Below, one piece after another: positions 49,852 through 62,660 of a stretch of DNA of 64,000 nucleotides. The stretch spans positions 2,695,130-2,759,129 of the forward strand of contig MU054391.1 of NCBI GenBank assembly GCA_013239625.1, read 5' to 3'. The notes under the pieces are model-generated. The model had not been told where the DNA came from. It worked only from the letters and a program-made list of their open reading frames with translations, and did no database searches. Positions within the stretch are counted from its first letter, which is position 1, and every line of letters begins with the position of its first letter. The position numbers were made by a program, and so were the translations under genes. The DNA is from Lama guanicoe (taxonomy: Eukaryota).

Positions 49852-50929
49852 CAGTGGCTCTTTGTCTTTGTCTTACCTCTTCTTGGTGGGAGCTCCGCTC
49901 TTCATCGTCAGAGTTAAGTCACGGTGATTTTCTTTCTGGCCTGTCTTCAGACCTGGCAATTATCAGCCACATCCTGTCCTCAGGGAAGGGCCTCTGGCTA
50001 TTGGAGGTGAATTTAAAAAGCATCCATCCAGCCTCTCGGGGTCACTGGATTTTAGGAAGCCACCACGTTCCCTTGGGGATGGCCCCGCCCAGCAATGAGG
50101 CAGCAGGAGAAACGACTCTTCCAGCCCTGGTGACCCCCGACCCTCGACTCGGCATCCACCAAGCCACCCCAGCAGGTCGGTGACCGGCGACAGCTCATTT
50201 CCAACAGCGCACACGCCCAGCGTGGACCTGAGCAGCCTCTGAAATTCAGTTTCCCGCCTGCAAGTGTCTGGACTCCCCACGTGTGTGGGCTGTCACCGAG
50301 GGGCAGTGTGAGCCCGGGGTGCCTGCACTCACAGCCCAAGTCGTGGGCTGCCCACCTGGGCTCCTTCCATGGGATGGAAAGGAGAGAGGTGGGTTTAACA
50401 CCTGCGCCAGTGGTGACATGTTTGGTGACAGACGAGGCCTGGAGCAGAAAGCTCTCCAATTTCAGGGAGAGGCAGGTTTAACCTCCCGGGCACAGTGCGC
50501 CCGACCCGCTCTCCCTGCAGGGGCAGGGCAGGTGGGCGCACCCCTGCTTCCGCTCAGACCAGGGCAGAGCCAGGCTTCCGTGTGGACATTTGGTCACCTG
50601 AATCACCGCCAGAAAGCAGCTCTGCTCCAAGACACAGAAAAAGCCTATCGTCATCTGAGGGCTAATACCAGAAAAATAGAAGTCTTAACATTATCAGGCT
50701 TAGAGCATAGAAATATTTTTTCTACCTCTAAAGGCCATTTATTAAAATTACTTTGAACTTTTAAGACTCTTGGATTAAATCTTACCGCATGCATCCGTCT
50801 TGTTAAACTGAATTTGCATAAAGGTGCTGGGTGCGAGCAATATTTTTTAAATGATCAAGCTATAAGCAAAGGTAACCACGGCGTGATGCTGTCACAGCCT
50901 CTCCAATCAGCCAGCATTCTTAAAGGTGT

Positions 50930-52330
50930 AAATGCTGGTGAGGATTGATGAAAAGGGCGCTTTCGGCTACTGCTGGTGGAAGATCCATTGTCACAAATTG
51001 CTTTCTGAAATAAGGTGGAAAACGGGTCTCAAGATTCTTAAAAATATACGTGTTGTGTTAATTCAAGGAATCAACCTTAAAAAAACCACATGAAAGTTAC
51101 AGAGCATAGTTTCACGCACAAAGATGCTCACATGGCAAATAATAAAAATCAAACCACCTTCCGCAGTAGGGAATAAGCTAATTGCGTTATCACACCTGCA
51201 TGATGAAACAGCACGCAACCACTAAAAGCTGGGTCCCAGATTTTTCATTCAGTATGAGAGCAGACCAATGAAAACACCAGAGACTGAAACGGATATATAT
51301 GAAAATTTATTACACGATAAATGCAGAATTTACGTCAGATGATTAGCTATGCTGATATAATCTGCTATATCCATGGAAATTATAAAATTCTCTTACATCC
51401 CACTTTGCCCAGATGGATTATGCACACATATGTATACATTTACTTGTATAGATACACATAAGTTTCTATATATAGATACATTTATGACACATAATCAAAA
51501 AATATATACAGAAATGTATATATGTGTATATATACATTTTCATTAATTAGAAGAAAATATATTTATATTTATATATCTTATATATTCTATTTTTTGTAAA
51601 ATTGTGAATGATAATGCTAGCCTTACAAAGCAACAATACCTAGTCGTCAAAAAGTAATAGATCAACAATTTGTCTACATAAAAGTTAAAATCTATGTATA
51701 CATAAATGTCTCATCTGTCAAAGGATATTATGAATGAAAGTTAGACTGGGAGACCGTATGCTATAATAGAGGCACAATATTTTCAAGATAAATAAGAGAT
51801 AAAAGTCCAGTTTCCTCATATGTAAACCGTTTTTTCTACACATCAGTAAGAAAAATATGAACAATTCAATAAAGTCTCGCAAAAGACATATGAAAAAATA
51901 ATTCGCGTAAGAAATGTGAACAGCTTTTAAACACATGAAAAGGAAAGGAAGCTCAACGTCACTGTAATAAACAAGGAGAGAGCTTTTTTGTGTTTTCCCT
52001 CGTGGTGGCCAATAGTGAGATGCTCGGTGGTACACGCGACTGGAACAGGCACGAGGAAGGTGCGCTCATGCGTCATCTGGGGACCCCGATTTAGCACGTA
52101 TCTTTCAGGGCAATTTGGTAACTTTTTCAAACTGAGCTGACATTTAAAATTCCCAATACACTTCCACTGCAAATTTCTGCTCTTAAAAACATACCCTCAT
52201 AACTATTCCTCTAAATACGCAAAGATACTTCAAGAATGTTTATTACAGTGTTATTTCCAACACGTAAATGTTAATGAACCAAAAAGTCTGAAAGGGGAAG
52301 ATGGTGGAATACATTATGATATATGTCTAC
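50930..52330 (+). mobile_element. Ancient L1 fragments (ORF2 3' part and 3' UTR)
   Basis: gctggtgaggattgatgaaaaggg...tgctggtggaa; cagaccaatgaaaac...ccaga; ctacataaaagttaaaatct; ttcagggcaatttgg...aagaatgtttattacagtgttattt are L1M hallmarks; the plus strand is A-rich. Confidence 0.75.
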
Positions 52331-53554
52331 GTATATTCTGTTCTTCAGATCACTGAGAGATGTATTCACTGAGGTGATGCTAGATCGTACCAAACACACC
52401 CTATGATTCCAGTGCTTCAACACAGGGAAGTCTTTCTCATAACCTCTGGGGTGGCAGGTGTTTCTGGTGGCAGAACGGTTTCCTGCCCTGGGAGACTGTC
52501 ATCCTGTAGGGTCTCAGAGTCCTTGCACCCAGCCCATGGGAGGTGCTCACAGCCACCTGCAGGAGGGCTAGGCCGGGGGACCCTCCTAACTTTCCCTCAC
52601 ATTCTGTGGGCTCCATCACGTGCCCACACTTACAGGGGTGCCGGGGACCCCAGGCTCACTTTGTCCAGGTTTGGTGGGCAGTATGCGGTCCCTACACTAA
52701 GTGCCAGCTCCCCCACCAGAAGAGGAGAGGGAAGGGCAGCCCCCACAACACACACACAAGCTCCTGCAAACAGTGCCCGACTCCCACCCTCCAGGCGTCC
52801 TGCGCCAGGAGAATCAACTGTCTCTGTAGATTTCAGAGGCCTTCCGGAAGCACAGAGGTATTAGTTTGCATAAGCCAAGGATTTTCGTGTGCTCCTCAGG
52901 GAGCAGGTGAAAAACTCCAAACCAAGATTGGAGTTTCAACCAAGCCAGGGGGCTGGGGCAGCCACATCAAACTCAATCAAAGACAATTCAGAATATAAAG
53001 AAATGGTTACATGTCTTCATTTTCTGAAATACGTCACCTGAACTTAACAGTGCAATAGGGAATAAAGAGATAAGCTTATGTCAGCTTGGGGTAAAAAACT
53101 GAAAAGAAGGAAGGAAGTCAGGCAGCAGGGACTCCACCAACAGGTTAACAGAACGGAGGTGAGAAAGAAAGGAATAGAATTCCTCCCCCCAAAATAGGTA
53201 TTCGGCATCCTCCAAAGATAGATGTACCCAAATAAAACGTATCATCTTGGTAAAAATATTTGCCAGACTTTCTTTCCTTATTTTAGAGCTTTCTTTTCCC
53301 CCAGTTATAGGAGGATGTAGGGGGTGCCTCCTTCCGTGCCTCCGGAGGAGGTACCAGCGGTCTGCAGCCCGGGACTGCGGAGGGAGGAGGTGCCCCGCCA
53401 CGCACGCTTGATCGGCAGGAAGATGTTACATTCACTTGAAGATTCCCAGAGACACGTGGGAAGTGGGGCCAGAACAGACAACACGCAACCATGCAGGGTA
53501 AAGTTTAATTTATTGTCCTATGAGTGTTTAACAGAGTAATGTCCCTGAAATTTG

Positions 53555-53768
53555 ATACGTCCGGGTCATAAGGCTCTATATTTCCTTTTTTTTATTCTGA
53601 TACGCCTCCCTTATCATTTGTAAAATGAGACGCATCTTACAAATCATGCAAACTCTGGATAAGGTGGTACCCATGTCTTTTCCTTTTCTTTTTCCTTTGT
53701 TCCAAAAAACCCTCTTATAATGAAGATGCGTTTTCTAATCTATAAAATCTTAGCGTTGAGGAAATATG
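53555..53768. mobile_element. MER104-like TcMar-Tc2 MITE
   Basis: gagacgcatcttacaaatc and the terminal gatgcgttttctaatc...cttagcgttgaggaaatatg resemble the MER104 consensus and TIR. Confidence 0.5.
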
Positions 53769-56700
53769 TTGCTAAATATGTTCAAAAAAAGGCTGGAAAT
53801 AAACACACAAAATTATGAATCCCAGGTATCTGTGGGTGACAGGATTATGAACTATGTTTCTTTGAACTGTCTCAATTTTACACAATTTCAAGAGCGCAAA
53901 GAAAAACTAAGAAATGTGATTAAAAGCCTGGAGAGTATTCAAAACAAGGAGCCTGGCCAGAAATGAAACCAGACTGCAGATTGCAAAGAGCTGACAGTCG
54001 CTAAACTTAATCCACGTCATGGCTGTGCCCTGGCTAGACACTCCCGCAGGGACCGGCAGAAAGCGCCACACTAATTGTGCCACCGAGGAGCAGAGCTGAC
54101 GGCCCTGCCCGAATTACGCTCAGCTCGCCCGCGAGGGCAGGGTGCCCGGAGCCAGTGCACTGCGCTGGAAGGAAGAGGGGAACTCTGTCTTTGGGATTCT
54201 CTGGGGGCTCAGCCTGGACACTCTTCTCTTTGCTGTGCGCCATCCAGCGTTGTCTTCATGCTGGGTGTTCCTTCTCTCTGCCACCCCAGACCCGGAACCG
54301 CCTTCTCCCCTGGCACTGTCTTACCCCGAGCCTTCCCCCCCGGGGTAGGAAGCCCCAGTGACCCAGATCATCTAGTTTACCAAGAGTTATGCTCACCGAT
54401 CTCATTCCTGGTTACAACCTGAGAAAGGAAATCGGGGCTCAGCAGACACGGGCTAACTGCCTCTTCCCCCAACACATCTGCAGCTTAATAGGAAGAGACT
54501 CCAAAGACAGGAAACTCAGCTCTACAAGAGTTTGTCGGAGAAGATTCGAGAGGGGAGATGCTTTTAGCTCCGCACTGCTGCTCCTGCTCTCCAAAATGCC
54601 CCTGCAGTCAGCTCCGCACGGCGAGGTCTGCTGCGCCCTGGCAGACAGCAGGCTGGCTGGTTTTAGCACTGGAAGCTTAGCTTGCTGGTGCAACAAATCT
54701 TTTTAACGTGACCATTAAGAAGCATTTCAATATTTTTCCTCTAGACATACAATTTTTTGGTTGCTGAAATAATTGTCTGGGTAATTATATATTGCTGTTT
54801 ATGTTAACTTTGGAATTAGATACCGTCTTAAAAGTAAGACTGTGATCGTGAAAACGTGCTGACTTTAAAGTCTCGACTCCCACTTCGCATAATCAGACAG
54901 ATACTGTGCACTTCCGGGGGCGCCGAGAGCTCGGAGGAGTGGATGCTGCTGAGAGATTCCCGAAGCGGAGTTCCACGAGGACTGGCTGTCTTTGACGCTG
55001 CTGTGGCAGCTTTGTTCTTCTGTGGACCCTCATTTTATCGGCAGTCCGGCTGAACACCTGACGCTCGGTAAGTGCCATTTGATTTTGGAACAGACCAAGT
55101 TAAACCGACGCTCTCCCTGGGGGTGGGATTTCGTTGAGGAGATGGGAACCGTGCGTGGGAAAAGCAGACCAACAGCGGAGGAGGCAGCACCTGAATGCTG
55201 AAGACGCGCGACGTGGGCACGCGAGCTGCACGCGAGGGCCGGAGCAAAGCCCAGGGCACCGGCACCGGCACCGGCTTGCTTCCGCCCTTACTAGTCAGCA
55301 TTCTATTCTGTGAGGGGCTGGGGGCAGCCACGACAGGGCTGTTTTAAGGGAAAATCACTGTCCTTGCCTGTTGGCACGTGAGAACTTTTCTGGGATCGCG
55401 CACAAAATCCCCACGTTCCGTTCTCCCAGCACTCAGGGGGGTGGCTCTCAAAGCCCCTTGAAACTCTCTCTTTTCAAGATGGGGGGAAGATCTTTCTTAT
55501 TCAGTTATGTGCCTTCGTTTCCCCTAAAACCCAGTTTCCCCCATGGATCCCCAGGGTACAGCAGACACAGTAGCCATCAATCCATGAGTCACGGCCTTTG
55601 GGGGTGTTGAGCTGAGGGGACTGTCTTATGTCAAGAAAAGGACTGTCATTTTAAGAGGTGGCTGCAGATTGGCCCCTGACTCCACAAGTGCAGAGCAGTT
55701 AGCTGGAACGAGGTCACTTTCTAATTTTTTTTTTTTGAAAATACCTTGAGGAGCCAGGAAAGGGGCCATATTTTGCACCCCAACATGACTGGGTGTGAGT
55801 GGCCATCCTCCGCCGGTTCAAGAGAGCAATACTGGGGGTCCCTAAGGGATCTGCAGAGAGTGCGCAGGGGAAAGGGGCTGGAAAGGGAGAGGCCCAGGAC
55901 TGGCACCGCTCCTGCCTGTACGCCAAGGCCTGGGTCCGGTAAGGGAGGGCGCACCTCGGCCTCCGAGCTCTCTGCTGGAGCCTGGCTTCAGCCTTCGGGC
56001 CAGGCCCTTGGCCAGCCGCGCCCGTGCTTAGCCGGCCCTCCCTAGGTCCAGCCCTTTGTTTAAGGGGTGGGTAGGCCCTGTCTCCACCCTGTCCCTTGCC
56101 AGGCACTCCCCGAGCAGGGCTTGCTAAAGGCGTTTATTTTTTAAAGTGCGAAACAGCTCTCCTGTCCCGGCCCCTGCCGTGAGTTCTCCCAGGGCTCCCG
56201 CTGGCGGCCGGCCGCGGGCGCCCTCCCAGCTGCCAGCCTTCGGAACACGCTTTCCTTCGCTGGAGCGGGAGGAGGGGCTTCCCTCCGCAGGGAGCCCAGA
56301 AAGGATGCTCCCAGCCTGGCAGTCCCGAGTGTCCCCAGCTCTGCTCCTGCCTTCGCAGCCTAGATTACTGCTGGAACCCTCTCACACTGCACCTCTTGCT
56401 CACAGGTAACTCAAACTACTTGATGGGTCTCCAGGGAGACTCCAGTAAACAGCGCCACTTTCCCTGCCCCGGGGCTGGAAAAATGAAAGTCCATCAAGGA
56501 ACAAGAGATGGGCACAATGCCACCTTTATTACCGAAGAGGCTGAGGTGAAGGGCAGAGCAGTGCGAGACCCTGGGCTTGCCAGCATCCCAGCCACAGCCA
56601 CGCTGCAGGGCTGGCACCCGGCGGACACAGCTGTTCCCCAGGGAGATGGGAGAGCGGGCGGAGCAGGCCCATTTACAGCCCATATTTCCCTGTCAGTTAA

Positions 56701-57039
56701 GTCCCCGACCGGCTCTGGGAAGGTGTGAGTCAAGTTGCTGAGAGAAGCCGGGGGGACCCCGCACCGAGGACTGGACGAGAGAACTTGGAGTTGGGGAGCA
56801 TGCCTCTCCTCCACGAGCCCACAAGAAACCCCCACGTCCTTGCCGTGACCAGGAGTAAGAGGGTCAACTGCTCACCGAGCCCTCCGACTAGCCTCCTCTA
56901 GACACTCTCCAGGCAAGAGGCACCTGCGGGTCTCTGTGCTCACATGGGCCAGTGCCTTCCAAGGCCTCTCGTTTCATCACAAATGATGGAACAACCATGT
57001 GCTAAACAAGGTCTCTCCATCTCGGCGAGTGATGCTCGG

Positions 57040-57265
57040 CCTGGGTTGGGCTGGGAAGGTCTCTGGCTCTGAGCCAGGCTTACATGTCCAGCGGCCGGGT
57101 GCCTGCCCGCTAAGGCAGTGAGGATGCCCACACCCCGTGTCCTGTCCCCTCTAGCAGGTGTGTCCGTGGCAGTGACAGGGGTACAAGAACCTTCGGCTGT
57201 CTTTCACTTCCACCATCCCACTGGCCCAAGCAAAGCACATGGCCCAGCCCGGGGTGACAGAGGAG
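57040..57265 (-). mobile_element. MaLR (MLT1-like) LTR relic
   Basis: cacttccaccatcccactggcccaagcaaagcacatggcccagccc is the typical MLT1 'cattggccaaagcaagtcacatggcc' motif. Confidence 0.6.
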
Positions 57266-57699
57266 ACAAGTAAGTCTAAGGAAATAGCATGAAAGACAGT
57301 CCTTAATAAATGAATAGGACTTCCCTACAGGAAGGGGAAAGAGGCAGCAGGGTGAGCAAGGACATGGGGCTAAGACAGAAGCTCGATGCACTTCAAAACC
57401 ATGGCAGGAGGGAGGCAGTTGGTGGGACACGAGACTAGAAATGAGGTCGGAGCCCAGTACAGAATCATTTTCAATGCCACCCTAAGGAGATTGCATTTTA
57501 TTTTTTATGGTGGGAGCTGTGATGAGAAACAAAGTCTTGAGTTCTAGAAACTTCCTTTCTAGCTTTCTGCTCTATATCTGTTAACAACTCACATCCGTAA
57601 GACCTTTACTACCTACTTTTTTGGCCAATGATTATTCACAGCATAACACTGCTCTACACTTCCTTGGCCATGGGTCAGTCCACTGGACCAGTGTGCTCC

Positions 57700-57790
57700 A
57701 GCTATCCAGAGGCAGGAACTTGCCCTTGTCCAGTTCCCACCTCACCTCCACCACACCCAGCACAGTGCCTGACACCCAGTGTGTGCTGCA
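57700..57790 (+). mobile_element. LINE-2 3' end relic
   Basis: ccagaggcaggaact...cccagcacagtgcctgacacccagt. Confidence 0.65.
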
Positions 57791-58274
57791 TGTGAAGGCA
57801 GTGAGCTGCCCTAAGCGACCATCCCACAGAGCCCCATGGCCGAGGGTCAGCCCTGGAACCAGAGAGGCGAACAGAGAAAAGACTGCCTTGACTGAGACCC
57901 TTCTCAGGAAGAAGGTGCAGATTTACCTCTTCATGCCCATCACTTTATTTGAGCCTCACGTCAACTCGAGCAATCATCTTCATTCTTGTCTTTGTTTTAC
58001 AAAGAATAAGGTTGACAGACGGAGAAACAGGATGATTGACTCAAGTTTGCCAAACTCTCAGTCCCCAAAGCCAGGAAGGAGAAGGACAGAGATGCAGCTG
58101 AACCACTGCTGAGAGCAGAGAGGCTCTGTGTCCAAGGGGTCATGCGTGCTGGACTTTATCATGCAAGTATTTACAATTGGCTTAAGAGAGGCAGCACCCA
58201 GACCTGTCTTAGAACAGACTAGAACACTTACAGAGTCATTTAAAATAGCCAGTAATGTTAATCAGAACCCTCCT

Positions 58275-58645
58275 CCATTGATGGTGGAAAGGTAAAACAG
58301 TGTAGCCACTGTGGATGGGTTTGGCAGTTCCTGAAAAAGGTAAACACAGAATTAACATGCAACCCAGCAATTCCAGCCGGATACATATGCTCAGAACAAC
58401 TGAGAACAGGGACTCAAACAAACACTTTTACATGAATGTTCACAGTAGCATTACTCACATTCCCAAACAAGGAACACAACCTCAAAAGGCCATCACAAGA
58501 TGAGTGGATAAACAAAATGTGGGAGATGTACGCTACGGAATATTACCCAGCCATGAATAAAAGCAAATCCTGAATGAACATCAACAACTTCACGCTGATT
58601 GAAAGAAAGTCACATATGGCCTGATGCCATTGATATGAGGTTACT
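58275..58645 (+). mobile_element. L1MB-like ORF2 end / 3' UTR fragment
   Basis: tgtagccactgtgga...ttggcagttcct...acccagcaattcca...gaatgttcacagtagcatt...gatgagtggataaacaaaatgtgg...ggaatattacccagcc. Confidence 0.85.
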
Positions 58646-59039
58646 GAAACACTTCTTTTCCAGTAATCAGTACACCAGTCATTAATGAGTTAGAGGTGAA
58701 AGTATTTTTCTTCTTCTTTTGACACATGTTACGAGTGAATCCAACAGTTAAAACCTACCTGGGATAGAGAGAGAAATTATTTTACCAAATTTGCACTAAG
58801 TCTACTTCAGGGTTATTTTTAAAAGTAGTATGTGTTGATGAATTTAAATATAAAATCTGGTATGTTGATGTGAAAACGAAAGACCTACAAGAGAATTCGT
58901 TTATTAGCTACTATTGAAAAATCCCCCAAGCAGATATAATTTCAAAAAGAAAATGCAATAGAAAAGAATCAAGTAGTTATTTGATGACCTAGAAAGGAAG
59001 TGTATGTATTCAGTGTTCAGGTCGAATCAGGACAATACA

Positions 59040-59358
59040 AGGCAGAACCAAGTAGGCAGATCATGTGATCCAGGCCCATAACTGAATTTTCTAGTAACCA
59101 CATCAAAGGGACTAAAAAGAAGGAAATATAACTTTATTTTAATCATACATTTTATTTAACCAATGATATTTAAGATATTATCATTTCCGTATATAGTTTA
59201 CGTTAAAATATCAATTATATAGTTTACTTTTTTGCGGTAAATGTTTAAAATGTAGCATGCATTTTACCCCTACAACATATTTCAGTGTGGACCAGCCACG
59301 TTTCAAGTGCTCAGAAGTCACCTGCTGCGGCCAGTGGCTGCCTCACTGGATGGTGTAG
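59040..59358. mobile_element. MER33-like hAT-Charlie element
   Basis: aattttctagtaaccacat...ttttatttaacc...gaccagccacgtttcaagtgctcag...agtggctgcctcactgga matches MER33/MER3. Confidence 0.8.
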
Positions 59359-60008
59359 ATACGGTTTCTGATAAAATCATGCTCACATGTCAAAATGGCC
59401 AGTTTGGGGTTATTCTTCGCTAACGTTGGAGTCAGTGAACGTGAAGGCTGCTTGATTTTGTGGGGAAGAGGAGGAAGTTGGACAGGCTCAGTCACTCCCA
59501 CCAGTCCATTCGGCCTTTCACAAAAGACCACTCCATCCCAGGCCCTCACAGAGCACGCGGTGTTTTCCCAGGTGGCTCCTGTGTCTGCATCATTCTTGGT
59601 AATAAACTTGCAAACCAGAGAAAAACCCAACTGGACTTGAATTCATTATCGTCCACTCACGCAGTTGACAGGCTGTTAAAGTCTGCGCACACCAGCTCTC
59701 GTTACGAATTCACACCTTGCACGGGTCGGAAAGCCCTTCCATTAACCCCACCGCTGCGCGTGCAGGACACGCAGCGCTGTCATGCATACACATTTCATTA
59801 GGCGGCTGACGGCAAGTGGAAGGCCATTCAAAGTCCTTACAACGTGTGATGAGGAGCCCGCGTTCAAATGGAGTGGATTTGGTGGCGCTGAAGGTTACAG
59901 TATTTTCAGCAGAGAGAATAGGACTTGGATGTGTGATTCCTGTGATGGCTGATGAGAACTGAGTGGTGGAAGATCAGATCTCCCACCATGTGGGTCATAC
60001 CCACTGCA

Positions 60009-60070
60009 TCCCTGCCCGTCCACCCGCCTCCCTGCCCGTCCACCCGCACCCCTGCCCGTCCACCCACATC
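60009..60070. repeat. Minisatellite, 3 x 20 bp (cctgcccgtccacccgcctc)
   Basis: Read directly; period 20. Confidence 0.9.
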
Positions 60071-61496
60071 GCTGCCTGTTTACCTGCAAGTCAAGAGGCC
60101 GGGTTCCCGTGGGGTACTGCCCTGCCTTGTGCAGCTCTATATGCTGAAGACACAGACACAAAGGACCCCGTCTTTCCTGAATGCTGTTAAACTGCCTTAG
60201 ACTTTACAAGCTCCTTGGGATGGTGGGGAAAATTATTCTGCTCCTTGACTCATTAATGGAAATGTTCAAAGAAAGACCGGAGAGAATGGAAGATGCAAAT
60301 TATGTCTGTAAAGTTTGATTGGGCCGTTAGGTGCCTGTGGGCCACAGATGACCGAATGTCTGGACCGGCGGCAAAGCGAGGGCTGGGGCACTGCGTAAAC
60401 TGCTGGCGTTTATCTCGTCATAATGTGTTGTTTTAGGACTTTAAGACTTCATTGCTTACTGCTGGGCCTGAGGGAGAAAGTGATGATTTCAAGGCAAGAA
60501 ATCCCGACAGTTTGGTTGGGTTGTTTTTACAGGCGCTGAGGTTACAGAGTTTTGACACCAGAGACTTGACTGAAGCAGGAAAATGTGATGAATTTTCACA
60601 TCAGATTTGCAGGGTTGGAGGCAAATGCTTACCGTCTAAAGCAGAATCCTTCCAAATCACATGCTGTAGGAACGGAAGGTTCCTGTAGGACCACACAGAA
60701 AGCGAATGCAGTCCATATGTTAATAACGTCATATGAGCTAAAATAACGTGGAGCATCTTGCATGAAAATTTGACTACACCAGGGTGCTTTCTAATAGATT
60801 TTTGTGTAATCTACTTTCAAATTATGTGAGTTCTAAAAGTAGAAAATCTAAGTCAGACAAAATTCCACCTGGTGAACAACTTTTCAGCTGCGTCCTGTGC
60901 TGGTGCAGCATGACAGCACGGTAATGTCTTTTCAAGATGTCGAACTTTAATTTCAGAAAAAGGACTCTTAATGCATAGGTGGTTTCTTCTTGATTAGCAT
61001 CTCTAGGGGATGATTTACTGCCAAACACTCCTTCCCACTGCCCTCCTGTTCACCCATAAAAATGTCGCAGTGGGAATAGAAAAGTTAAAATCAATGAATT
61101 AAAATGAAATTGCGTAAATCTGCCAAAGGATGTAATAGTTCTGCCACCACTCCCCAGGGTTGATGTCATCGAGGTTTTTAGGAATTTCTTATGAAGAAAG
61201 GACACACACACATACACATAATGTTATGCAATCCTCTCCCTGTGACTTGCCAGGTACAAACACCGAGGCCCCCAGAGAAGTCACCTCCCCAAGGCTACAC
61301 ACTCCGGAGCCTGGCGGAGTCGGCGCATAGCCTGTTCACGGACCGGGAAGACATGACGCTTTCCAGTTCACGCTTGGAGGTTCAGACAGACGTGTGCAGT
61401 CTTGAGCCTGGATTAGTGAGGAGCACTTCTTCGTCCCAACAGCTACGTTAGTGGGCTTTTAGTCTGGCTTTGATCTGAGTCAGTTTTCTCCAGACA

Positions 61497-61687
61497 TTTA
61501 TTCTCAAGCTTGGCGGTAAATGAAAGCTATCCAGAGAGCTTGTTGAAAACACAGATTCCATGAGCTTCACTCTGATGGGTGGTTCATTCCTCAGTGCGAA
61601 GTGGGGAAGGGAGCCTCTCTTCTCAGCGGGCACGCCCTCTGGCTGTTCCGACAGAATCGGTGCCCAGGTGAAGCTCTGGGAACCGCT
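61497..61687. mobile_element. MER5A-like MITE relic
   Basis: ttctcaagctt...gagcttgttgaaaacacagattcc...ctctgggaaccgct. Confidence 0.6.
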
Positions 61688-61813
61688 CTTCAAGGTGCTG
61701 CTTGACCGACTTTGAAAGGTGCGGCACATCCGGGAACCTGGCTGGAATCACCGGATGAAGTCCACCCTTTCATTCAGCTGCTGCCCCTCCGCTCATACCA
61801 GGAGAGGCGGAAG

Positions 61814-61935
61814 CACCCGTCCCCCGAAACACTAATGACACCCCCACCCGACGCTGAAGGGGGATCCACGTGGTCACCCGTCCCCCGAAACACTAATGAC
61901 ACCCCCACCCGACGCTGAAGGGGGATCCACGTGGT
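61814..61935. repeat. Perfect tandem duplication, 2 x 61 bp
   Basis: 61814-61874 and 61875-61935 are identical. Confidence 0.97.
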
Positions 61936-62159
61936 AGACGTGATGGCGCTTTTCTTACCATGCCTGTTTTCAGGCTGCCTCTTCTTTGACATTTGATTTT
62001 ATGTGTGTGTATTTTCTATTTCTACTGTGTATTTTATGTATATATACGCATGCGTACAGGCCAGTCTAACGTGGACTTTGAAAGCAGGCAGAGGGTGATT
62101 ATAACCGTGGATTATTCTCAGTTTCCGCATTTTTTGGTATCGGCCGCACAACATGGTCA

Positions 62160-62660
62160 CGAGGATTGGAGAAGTGCCTAGGACGGCCCGCCCCGCCGTG
62201 AAAACCCCGCTGCGACAATTGCAGTTGAACTTGTGTTTGCTACCAAGTACGTGAACGTGGACTTCACTCTGAGGGTCTGGGGGCCGGGTGTGAAGTCCAG
62301 CCCAGGCCAGGAGGCCACCTGCCCGCCTCTCAGGAGCAAGAAGCCACGTGTATCCACACACGGGACAGAGAGGACGGGGCCCCGGCTGGAGGCCGGCGGC
62401 CCGGGTCTGCCCAGGACGGGGGCGCTGTCGCTCCCCGGGGGCTTCTTGAATGCGTGCCGAGGCTCCTGGGGGGACGCCGACGCGGACGGCTCCCTCACTG
62501 GAGGATCGAGGACGCAATGCCTCCAGGCAGCGCTGGGACAGTCACCTGGCACAGGCTCGTCTCCCTGACAGAGAGGAAATCCGCGTGCGGCTCAGAAACG
62601 TGCAGCGAGCACCCTAAACGCACGGCCCCGCCCGTCCTGAACGAGGCTGCGGGGCCTTTT
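62160..62660. promoter_or_regulatory. CpG-rich patch
   Basis: High GC with many CpGs and GC-box-like cccgccccgcc / ggccccgccc. Confidence 0.4.

Noticed and set aside
61814..61935. CRISPR-like direct repeats (also 60009-60070)
   Set aside because: Head-to-tail copies without spacers, no cas genes, and a mammalian context.
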